Part shown: piece after piece, positions 8,810 to 16,782 of the stretch | How the letters are laid out: the number at the start of each line of letters is the position of its first letter | How positions within the stretch are numbered: position 1 is the first letter of the stretch | From: a bacterium | GTDB lineage: Bacteria; Methylomirabilota; Methylomirabilia; CAVQYV01 | Length of the DNA: 16,796 bases | Assembly: GCA_043800755.1 (NCBI GenBank) | Contig: JAZDMQ010000111.1 | Coordinates: forward strand, 1 to 16,796 | Direction of reading: 5' to 3' | Translations under genes and position numbers: made by a program | The notes under the pieces: model-generated | Databases searched by the model: none | The model's input: only the letters and a program-made list of their open reading frames with translations | What the model was told of the DNA's origin: nothing

Positions 8810-8994
8810 TTGACAAGATTGGCGGGAAGGAGTAAATAACCTATTCGAAGGAAGCCAATTCACCTGCCTATGCTTTCTCATCGAAGTCCATTTTTGGCTT
8901 TGACTCTATGGGGTTCCACCGTCTCAACAGGAGGTGGAGGATACAGGCACCGGATAGGTCTTTTCTGCCGAAGACTGCGGTGTCCTTTGTTTTT
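8810..8994 (+). promoter_or_regulatory. Promoter + structured leader/terminator module, copy 1 (upstream of hybrid kinase)
   Basis: TTGACA 8810-8815, N17, TAAATA 8833-8838; TGGCTT 8895; CAGGAGGTGGA 8928; hairpin GGCACCG (8946-8952)/CGGTGTC (8978-8984) with inner GTCTT/AAGAC; tail TTTGTTTTT. Confidence 0.75.
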
Positions 8995-9098
8995 GCGAAG
9001 GGATAGCTGTCCACTGACTGTTGACAACTTCTAAACCCACGCCCCGATCCCGTCACAGAAGGGGAGTCCTTAAGAAAATCCTTGGAGGAGGCTGAGGG

Positions 9099-11738
9099 AT
9101 GGAAATGGGGGAACTGGGACAGCCGACAGAAGTCGCGCGCGACCGGATGGAGCAGCAGGTCTTAAGGCAATACTCTGTCTTGGGGACGATCAACAGGCTG
9201 TATAGAGAGGCCCTAACCGGTGCGACTGACGAAATGGTCGCGCGCACTTGCCTGACCCTGGCCGAAGAACTGACGGAGAGCAAACTCGGTTTCTTATGCC
9301 AATTGAGTCAGGCTGGCCGCTTCGCGATTACCGCGATCAGTGGGAAAGGATTGGGTGGCTGTAACCTATCCAGGACCGATTCGGCCATGATCCGCAGCGA
9401 CCGGGAAATGCCGGGCATACTGGGCAGGGTGCTTATAGATGGACAATCGACGATCATCGACCAACCCACCTCCCACCCTGACTGGGTCGGAATCCCTGAA
9501 GGCCATCCGCCGATCGCCTGTTTCATGGGCGTTCCCTTGAAGCGCGCCAATAGAACCATCGGCATGATTGGCTTAGCCAATAAAGAGTCAGGTTTTTCCC
9601 TGGGGGATCAGCGAGACATCGAAACCCTGTCCGACCACTTTGTCGATGCCCTGAGCCGCAGGCGAGAGCAGGATGAATTGCGCCAGGTCAACCGCGCCCT
9701 CAGGACCCTCAATGAATGCAACCAGGCCATGATGCACATAGCTGATGAGACGGCCTTACTCCATGAGGTATGCCGAATTATTGTCGAGGTGGGTGGATAT
9801 GGCATCGCTTGGATCGGTTTTGCCGAGCTGGATGAAAAGAAGACGGTGCGCCGAGTGGTACAGGCGGGACTTGGCGAAGAAGACCTGCAGGGGCTGGGGA
9901 CGACCTGGGCTGATTCTGAGCAGGGTCGTGGACCAACAGGCATAGCGATTCGGACGGGAAATCCGTTCATCTGCAATCGGATGTCCGCTCCTGCCGATTT
10001 CATTCCCTGCCCGGAACAGGCCGCCAGGCGCGGGTGTACCTCCTCGATTGCCCTTCCTTTGATCACCAATATCCAGACCCTGGGGGCAATTCACATCTAT
10101 GCAGAAGATCCGGATGCCTTCGGCACCGAGGAGGCTAATCTCCTGGTAAAATTGGCGAACGGTCTGGCGTATAATATTATGACGTTGTGCATGCAAGCCG
10201 AGCGAAGGCACGCGGAAGAGGCACTGCGACAGAGTGAGGCCCGCTACCGGGCGGTGGTGGAACAGTCCGCAGATGGCATTTATCTGGTGGAGGTGGAGAC
10301 GAAGCGCGTCCTGGAGGCCAACCCGGCCTTTGCGCAGATGCTCGGCTACACCGTGGATGAGATCGTGGGACTCTCCGTCTACGATTTCGTCGCCGCAGAG
10401 GAGGAGGACATTGACCGAAGGTTCGAGGGTTTGGTTCGAGGGCAGGGTCCCCTCACCTTCGAGCGACGATTTCGACGGAAGGACGGCTCTCTGGTAGAGA
10501 TCTGGCTCAGCGTGAATGTCATTTTCTTTGGAGGGAAGAGGGTGGTATGCTCCCTGGTCCGCGACCTCACCGAAAAGAAGGCCCTGGAGGCCCAGTTCCT
10601 TCGCGCCCAGCGGATGGAATCCCTTGGTCTTTTGGCCGGAGGTATCGCCCACGACCTCAACAACATCCTCACCCCTGTACTGATTAATGTCGAGCTGTTG
10701 CAGCGAAGCCTTCCCGAGGGTCCAGCCCAAAAGATGCTCTCCTCCGTGTCCTCCGCAGCGCTAAGGGGGGCCGGAATGGTGAAGCAGGTCCTGGCCTTTT
10801 CCCGGGGGATGGAGGGGGAACGCCTTTCGGTCTCGCCCAGGCACCTGTTGAAGGAGATGGTGGCCTTCGCCCGGGAGACCTTTCCCAAATCTATCCAGAT
10901 CGAGGCTGAACTCCCCGATGGACTTTGGTCCCTGCACGGAAATCCTACCCAACTGCACCAGGTGCTCCTCAACCTCTGCGTCAACGCCAAGGACGCCATG
11001 CCCCAAGGGGGGACCCTGACCCTCTCCGCGGAGAACGTCTCCCTGGATGAGGCCTATGCCGGCATACACCCTGAAGCCCATCCTGGGGCCTATGTCCTCC
11101 TGGGAGCAAAAGACACCGGCGGTGGCATCCCTGCCTCCATCCTGGAGAAGATCTTCGATCCCTTCTTTACCACCAAAGAGCGTGGAAAGGGCACTGGATT
11201 AGGCCTTTCCACCGTTCATGGCATCGTCAAGGATCATGGGGGCTTTGTGAGGGTCAAATCCGAGGTGGGGGCTGGGACCACCTTCCACATCTATCTGCCT
11301 GCCTCGAGCGGACCCGAGAGGGTCTTTGGGAAAGAAGAGCCCCCTTCCCTGTCTGTGGGAGGGGGAGAGCTCATCTTGGTGGCGGAGGACGAGGCCTCGG
11401 TCCGGGAGATTACCCAAATGACCTTGGAGATCTACGGCTACCAGGTGATTTCCGCTCCCAATGGGAAGGAGGCGGTTGCCCTCTATGCGCAGTATCGGGA
11501 CCGGATTCAAGCGGTCCTCATCGATATGGTCATGCCGATCATGAATGGCCCGGAGACCATTCGGGCCCTGCAGGCGCTGAATCCCGAGGTCAGGGTCATT
11601 GTCACCTCCGGGATGGACTCCGAACAGGTCACGGGGGCGGAGGATGGCCCCAAGGCCAGGGCCTTTTTGCCCAAGCCTTTCACCGCGGAGGGCCTGCTGA
11701 AGACGCTGGCCGAGGTCCTGCGCACCCCCTCCCCTTAG
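9099..11738 (+). CDS. Hybrid sensor histidine kinase/response regulator (GAF-GAF-PAS-HisKA-HATPase-REC), cytoplasmic
   Basis: [18 protein letters not shown]; second [15 protein letters not shown]...[21 protein letters not shown]...RRKDGS; H-box [65 protein letters not shown]. No TM segment seen. Confidence 0.95.
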   Translation: MEMGELGQPTEVARDRMEQQVLRQYSVLGTINRLYREALTGATDEMVARTCLTLAEELTESKLGFLCQLSQAGRFAITAISGKGLGGCNLSRTDSAMIRSDREMPGILGRVLIDGQSTIIDQPTSHPDWVGIPEGHPPIACFMGVPLKRANRTIGMIGLANKESGFSLGDQRDIETLSDHFVDALSRRREQDELRQVNRALRTLNECNQAMMHIADETALLHEVCRIIVEVGGYGIAWIGFAELDEKKTVRRVVQAGLGEEDLQGLGTTWADSEQGRGPTGIAIRTGNPFICNRMSAPADFIPCPEQAARRGCTSSIALPLITNIQTLGAIHIYAEDPDAFGTEEANLLVKLANGLAYNIMTLCMQAERRHAEEALRQSEARYRAVVEQSADGIYLVEVETKRVLEANPAFAQMLGYTVDEIVGLSVYDFVAAEEEDIDRRFEGLVRGQGPLTFERRFRRKDGSLVEIWLSVNVIFFGGKRVVCSLVRDLTEKKALEAQFLRAQRMESLGLLAGGIAHDLNNILTPVLINVELLQRSLPEGPAQKMLSSVSSAALRGAGMVKQVLAFSRGMEGERLSVSPRHLLKEMVAFARETFPKSIQIEAELPDGLWSLHGNPTQLHQVLLNLCVNAKDAMPQGGTLTLSAENVSLDEAYAGIHPEAHPGAYVLLGAKDTGGGIPASILEKIFDPFFTTKERGKGTGLGLSTVHGIVKDHGGFVRVKSEVGAGTTFHIYLPASSGPERVFGKEEPPSLSVGGGELILVAEDEASVREITQMTLEIYGYQVISAPNGKEAVALYAQYRDRIQAVLIDMVMPIMNGPETIRALQALNPEVRVIVTSGMDSEQVTGAEDGPKARAFLPKPFTAEGLLKTLAEVLRTPSP

Positions 11739-11832
11739 CCCCCACCGGGCAAGGTGCGGGGTCACGCTGTTGAATTAGCACTTTTCCCTTATTCCCTCAG
11801 GGCTCCTCCGGGAAAATCCAGGCGGAAAAGGA

Positions 11833-12027
11833 TTGACAAGAAGGGGCGAGGAGTATAAATACCCTGCTGAAGAGCGCCATCCGGGCTGCCGCGCTTTTCC
11901 TTCATTGGGCCACGCGCTCCATTGGCTTGAAGTCTTTTGATCATCTTGCTCCCCTAGCGGCAGGAGGTGGAAGAGCGAAGGCACCGTCCAAATCCCTCAC
12001 TGGAAGATCACGGTGCCTTTTGTGTTT
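11833..12027 (+). promoter_or_regulatory. Promoter + structured leader/terminator module, copy 2 (upstream of S8 peptidase)
   Basis: TTGACA 11833-11838, N17, TAAATA 11856-11861; TGGCTT 11923; CAGGAGGTGGA 11961; perfect stem AAGGCACCGT (11978-11987)/ACGGTGCCTT (12010-12019); tail TTGTGTTT. Confidence 0.8.
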
Positions 12028-12117
12028 GATGGGAGTGAAGAAGGAAGCGGGGAGAGGAAGAATTACCTTCCATTACTGATCCCGCTCCATTGGATCCGAT
12101 CTTAGGAGAGGAAGGCC

Positions 12118-14727
12118 ATGAGAGGTAGTCGCCACTGGGTTGCTTTCCTGCTCATCATTCTGTTGGCGATTTCCTTGACCCTCGTCGGAAGGGGTCTTGG
12201 GGAAGGAAGAGGAGACCGGTGGGGCATCCGCAGTCAGGGATCTCAAGCGGCCTCCCATTTCACCCTATGCTTTCAGGGCAAGCATGCCACGCCCGAAAAG
12301 GGTTTCAAGAGGCAGGCCAAGCCCCAATATGTTCCGGGTGAGGTCCTGGTCAAGCTCAAGTCCGCCCTTTCGACTCATTATCCTGCCGATGTACTGCAGA
12401 AGGCCGCAGGAGCAGGTCTGGCGGCCTCCGTGAGGCGAAGTTACCCATCCATTGGCGTCCATCTGCTGCGTATCAGCGAGCCAGGGGTTTCCGTCGCCGA
12501 GGCGATAAAGAGGCTCAAGGCCCATCCGGAGTTCGAATACGCAGAGCCGAACTACATCCTGAGGGCGGCGGCGACGCCCAATGACCCAGATTTCGATGCG
12601 CTCTGGGGGCTGGACAACACAGGACAGACCGGAGGAACAACTGATGCGGACATCGATGCCCCTGAGGCCTGGGACCTCACCACCGGCTCGGGCAACACCA
12701 TCATCGCCGTCATTGACTCCGGCGTGGCCTATAACCATTCTGACCTCCTTGGCAATATATGGATCAATACTGTCGAGCAGAACGGCTCGCCGGGGGTTGA
12801 TGACGACGGGAATGGCTACGTGGACGATATCTACGGATGGGATTTCGTGGACGATGACGGCTATCCCACTGATTACAATTCTCATGGCACCCATGTGGCG
12901 GGGACCATTGCGGCCAGGGGGAACAATGCGACGGGCATCACCGGCGTGATGTGGTGAGCCAAGATCATGCCCATTCGATTCTTGGGCGTGGAGGGCTCAG
13001 GGGATACGGCCGCCGCCGCCGCCGCCATCATCTATGCAGCGGACCAAGGGGCGCGCATTATGAATGCCAGCTGGGGCGGCTATGGCTACTCCCAGACCCT
13101 CTACGATGCCATCGACTACGCCCGGGGGAAGGATGTCCTCTTCGTGGCCGCAGCGGGCAATGAGAACAATGACGATGATACCAGTCCATTCTACCCCGCA
13201 GGCTACAATCTTCCCAACATCATTGCGGTGGCGGCCACCGATGCCAACGACGATCTGGCCAATTTCTCCAATTATGGGGAGAGGTCAGTCGATCTTGGAG
13301 CGCCAGGGGTTAGCATCCACAGCTCGGTTCCTCTGTTCGCGCACGATCCCCCCATCACGGTTTACAACCAAAACTTCGACGGCGGAGCAGGGTCGTTGCC
13401 CCTGCTGGGATGGGGCCGTGGCGGCACGCACTCCACCTGGGCGGTGACGGCCGGAACCGGGGTGGGTGGCACCCATAGCCTTGAAGATAGCCCATCGGGC
13501 AACTATCAAAACGATACGAGCTCCTGGGCTGGCTATATGACACCCATCCCCTCGGTGAAGAACAACCGGTACACCCTCTACTTCAAATGGAAGGGTGAGC
13601 TGGAGAACTTTTACGATACCCTGGACATCGACTATTCCCCAGATGGAGCCAACTGGGATTGGATAGACTACAGGACCGGGGGGACCAGCGGGAGCTTCGT
13701 CGATGACTCCGTTCAGATGACGGAGGTTACTGACCTGCTGGACAGCTTTTATTTTGGTTTTGCCATCGATTCCGATTCCTCTTCCACCTACGACGGGGCC
13801 TATATCGACGAGGTGGTCCTCTCCCGAGAACCGATCCTGATCAGCGGTTACAGCTACACCGATTTTGACGGCACCTCCATGGCAGCGCCTCATGTCTCGG
13901 GAGTGGCAGGGCTAATCCTCTCCATCAATCCCGCGCTCACCCATTCCCAGGTGAAGGACATCATCTTGGGTAATGTGGATTTGAGGCCCTCCCTCTCCGG
14001 GAGGACATCCACCGGGGGGAGACTGAATGCCTTTGCAGCCGTCAATGGTGCGGGGCTGTCCTTCCCGTCCAGCCTGGTGGCGTCCGCGAAATCGAGCTCC
14101 AGGATTGGCCTGGCCTGGGTTGATAACTCGAGTTCCGAGACCAGCTTTGCCATAGAGCGCAAGACCGGCTCCTCTGGCACCTATGCCCAGATTGCCACGG
14201 TCACATCCAATACAACCCGATATGATGATGGAGATCTGCATTCCTCGATGAAGTACTACTATCGGGTGCGGGCGTATAGCGCAGGAGGGAACTCCGCCTA
14301 CAGCAACGAGGCCAGTGCGACGACCTCGCACTCCGGGGATGGGGGTGGAGGCGGCGGTGGGGGTGGTGGGGGTGGCGGTTGCTTCATCGCGACCGCGGCC
14401 TATGGGAGCTATTTTGCTTCCGAGGTTCAAGTCTTGAGGAAATTCAGGGATGAGTGCCTCATGCCCAGCCTCGTGGGCAGAAAACTGGTCAGGTTTTACT
14501 ACCGGACTTCTCCTGCGGTGGCCGATTGGATCTCCCAGCATGAAGGCCTGAGGGCATTGACCCGGTATGCCCTTACCCCGGTCGTTTTTGGGATCAAACA
14601 CCCGTCAACCCTAAGTTTTCTGGTGGGCGTTTTGGTTTTGGTGGCATTCAAAGGATTTCTCTTGAATAAGGTCAAGGGAAACAAGCCCAGCCGTAAAACC
14701 ATGAGGGGGATCAGGGGGAAAATGTGA
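12118..14727 (+). pseudogene. Secreted S8 (subtilisin-family) serine peptidase with prodomain, inserted beta-domain, Fn3, poly-Gly linker and CFI-box-CTERM domain; interrupted by in-frame TGA at 12955-12957
   Basis: ORFs 12118-12957 and 12967-14727 are in the same frame, joined as [13 protein letters not shown]. Catalytic Asp VIDSG (12715) and His HGTHVAG (12883) precede the stop; oxyanion AAGN and Ser GTSMAAPHV (13876) follow it. Fn3 LAWVDNS...YYYRVRAY; C-terminal G13[10 protein letters not shown]...LRKFRD...[13 protein letters not shown], hydrophobic helix, basic tail. Confidence 0.85.
14341..14379 (+). repeat. GGN x13 poly-glycine linker
   Basis: 13 consecutive Gly codons of mixed GGN immediately before CFIATAAYG. 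Confidence 0.9.
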
Positions 14728-14771
14728 TAAATCAAGACCTGACCCCACACCTTCGGAAGGGAGGAGAGAGA

Positions 14772-16052
14772 ATGGAGGAGAAAGAGAAGGGCCTATTTTT
14801 AGATATGACGCGCCGGGACTTCCTGAAGGCCGCGGGCATCTTCAGCTTGGCCGCCACCCTGGGCGGGACGAGGGACCTCTTCTTGCCCACCTGGGCCTCA
14901 GGGGCGGAGCCGGTCAAGATCGGGCATGTCATCCCTCTCACCGGATTCCTGGCCATGACCGGGAGCTATGGCGATTTGGGTGCCAAGCTGGCCGTGGAGG
15001 AGATCAACAACAAGGGAGGAGTCCTGGGCCGTCCCTTAGAGATGATCACGGAGGATGATGTCAATCCCGGGGTAGCGGTGCAGAAGGCCCGGAAGCTGAT
15101 CGATAAAGATCGGGTGCACGCCCTCTTTGGGACGGTCAATAGCGCCTGCGCCCTGGCGATCAGTGATGTCTGCCAGCAAAACCGACTCCTCTTCATCAAC
15201 ACGGGTTCCAATTCCGACGAGATCCGGGGAGCCCGATGCCATCGCTACACCTTCTGCGTTGAGGGGAGCAACACGCAATATGTCAGTGCCATCGGTCGTT
15301 GGCTCATCAAAAGGAAAAAGCTCAATCGCTGGTACATATTGGTAGCCGACTATGCCTTTGGCCACGACCTCTACCGCTGTTCCAAGAGGCTTCTGACGGA
15401 GCACGAGGGGCAGGAGATCGCTCACGACATGATTCCCACGGGGACGACCGACTTCTCCGCTTATATGATCAAGATTCGTAATGCCAAGCCGGACCTGGTC
15501 TTCAGTTGTTTGGCCGGGGCAGACATCACCAACTTCCTCAAACAATACAAGGAATTTGGTTCTAAGATCGAAGTGGCGGGGGGGGCGATGGACACGGCCC
15601 TAGCCTGGCCGGTGGGCCCGGACGCCATGACCGGCGTATTCCCTCTGCCGTGGCATCACAAGATCGATGCCCCGGGCGTCAGGGAATTCAATGCCGCCTT
15701 TGATCAGAAATTTGGCAAGCCTCCAGAGAACCAAGCCTGGGGAGATTACGTGGCCGTCAAAGTGATTACGGCTGCCATGGAGAAGGCCAAGACGACCGAC
15801 AGCAGGGTCCTGGTGAAGACCTTAGAGAACTTCCAATTCGATGGGATGAAGGGAAGGCCTCTCTACTTTCGAGATTGGGACCATCAGCTGATGATGCCCA
15901 TGTATGTGGTGCGTGCCAAAAAGAAGGCCGAGATGAAGGACAAATGGGACATCTGGCACGCGGAGGAGGAAGTCCCCGGAAAGAAGGAGTCCTTAGAGGC
16001 CATCGCCGTGGCCCGGAAGGGCAGCGAGTGCAAGCTGGAGCCTATAGACTGA
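14772..16052 (+). CDS. Tat-exported ABC transporter substrate-binding protein (branched-chain amino acid/LivK-like, type I PBP)
   Basis: RBS GGAGGAG then ATG 14772; twin-arginine TRRDFLK with AxA-like ASG-A cleavage; VKIGHVIPLTG, AVEEINNKGGVLGRPLEMITEDD, ADYAFG, TTDFSAYMIKIRNAKPD. Confidence 0.9.
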   Translation: MEEKEKGLFLDMTRRDFLKAAGIFSLAATLGGTRDLFLPTWASGAEPVKIGHVIPLTGFLAMTGSYGDLGAKLAVEEINNKGGVLGRPLEMITEDDVNPGVAVQKARKLIDKDRVHALFGTVNSACALAISDVCQQNRLLFINTGSNSDEIRGARCHRYTFCVEGSNTQYVSAIGRWLIKRKKLNRWYILVADYAFGHDLYRCSKRLLTEHEGQEIAHDMIPTGTTDFSAYMIKIRNAKPDLVFSCLAGADITNFLKQYKEFGSKIEVAGGAMDTALAWPVGPDAMTGVFPLPWHHKIDAPGVREFNAAFDQKFGKPPENQAWGDYVAVKVITAAMEKAKTTDSRVLVKTLENFQFDGMKGRPLYFRDWDHQLMMPMYVVRAKKKAEMKDKWDIWHAEEEVPGKKESLEAIAVARKGSECKLEPID

Positions 16053-16075
16053 GCGTGGCGTAGATAAGGAGAGTC

Positions 16076-16135
16076 GAGGGAGGGGCGAGGGACAAGACCC
16101 GCGAGCAAATGGGCGTCTCCCGCCCCTCCCTCTTT
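16076..16135 (+). terminator. Long GC-rich hairpin after the binding-protein gene
   Basis: Perfect 12-bp inverted repeat GAGGGAGGGGCG (16076-16087)/CGCCCCTCCCTC (16121-16132), inner GGGAC/GTCTC and CCC/GGG, followed by TTT. Confidence 0.55.
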
Positions 16136-16280
16136 CCCCCCGATTCCCTTCGGTGAGTTGCCCACCGTTGAGCGGGTGTAAAGTATGGGAATACGGGCTA
16201 CTCACCAGGGAAATGGATTGGCGTCCGGTAAGCTTGAGAGGAGGGGAGGTAGAGGCAAGCCTTGCGCCACTTGTTCTTTT

Positions 16281-16324
16281 TGGTGGCCCCAGCGGGAATC
16301 GAACCCGCGTTTCGGCCTTGAGAG
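16281..16324 (-). tRNA. 3' half only of tRNA-Glu(CTC); non-functional att-site fragment
   Basis: Minus strand CTCTCAA GGCCG AAAC GCGGG TTCGATT CCCGC TGGGGCC A CCA = anticodon loop, 3' anticodon stem, T-arm, acceptor strand, CCA. Upstream is TTGGGA rather than the required CGGCC, and there is no D-arm or 5' acceptor strand. Confidence 0.88.
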
Positions 16325-16455
16325 TCCCAAATCGCGGTTTTCGCTAAGTTGGCCTTCTACCTGCATTTCTTGACAACCCCTCGATTTTCCTAAATAATTT
16401 TCCTTTCCATCCTTTACGGTATTTTCTGTCCTTTTCGGTTTCTTCCGATATTTTC

Positions 16456-16475
16456 GGTGACACTTTGGTGACACT
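16456..16475. repeat. Direct repeat GGTGACACT x2 (11-bp period), candidate integrase arm-type sites
   Basis: GGTGACACT at 16456-16464 and 16467-16475. Confidence 0.65.
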
Positions 16476-16530
16476 GGCAGTCCCGTCAAGAATACCCCGT
16501 TGACTCAGTTGCCGAGAGGGTAAAAAGCAG

Positions 16531-16717
16531 TTGACAAAGGATACCATGAGGATTAAATAAACATCAAGCAGAAGTAACCAGCTCACCCGCTGAGGGTTTC
16601 CTAATAGACCTCGTAATATCCTGGCCAAATATAACCGAGTTCGGTCGGAGGAAGCAAGTGGAAACTGAAGGCACCGGATAGATCGTTTTTCGAAGATCAC
16701 GGTGCCTTTTGCTTTTT
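16531..16717 (+). promoter_or_regulatory. Promoter + structured leader/terminator module, copy 3 (inside the island end)
   Basis: TTGACA 16531-16536, N17, TAAATA 16554-16559; TGGC 16622; GTGGAA 16658; stem AAGGCACCG (16668-16676)/CGGTGCCTT (16700-16708), inner GATC/GATC; tail TTGCTTTTT. Confidence 0.78.
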
Positions 16718-16782
16718 CGGAGGGGTCGGGAGTTGAGTAGGGCAAGATTCTTTTCCCCGGATCTTCGGTTGGAGGAGGGGCA

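Noticed and set aside
8908..9005. Leader peptide MGFHRLNRRWRIQAPDRSF... across copy 1 (APDRSF also readable in copy 3)
   Set aside because: Copy 2 has a stop (TGA 11938-11940) upstream and a different frame register across the stem; no RBS; the similarity is explained by nucleotide/RNA-structure conservation.
7437..12957. Alternative genetic code (TAG or TGA reassigned)
   Set aside because: TAG ends amrA, the kinase and the zinc-finger ORF, and TGA ends tldD, M48, MFS and the binding protein, at plausible C-termini.
13009..13026. (GCC)6 tract as a phase-variable repeat
   Set aside because: Triplet and in frame; the Ala run occupies a helix of normal length in subtilases.
14335..14379. G-quadruplex-like G-runs
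   Set aside because: Fully explained by poly-Gly codons.
16281..16360. Intact or intron-containing tRNA-Glu
   Set aside because: No 5' anticodon stem, D-arm or 5' acceptor strand; the junction precedes position 32 and the preceding base is A, not the terminal G of a group I intron.
8895..16717. Three repeats as CRISPR, IS ends or a known c-di-GMP riboswitch
   Set aside because: They are dispersed over kilobases with no spacers, terminal inverted repeats or target duplications, and lack the GGCAAAC...GAAA...GACGCAAAG core of c-di-GMP-I. An Rfam search is still needed.
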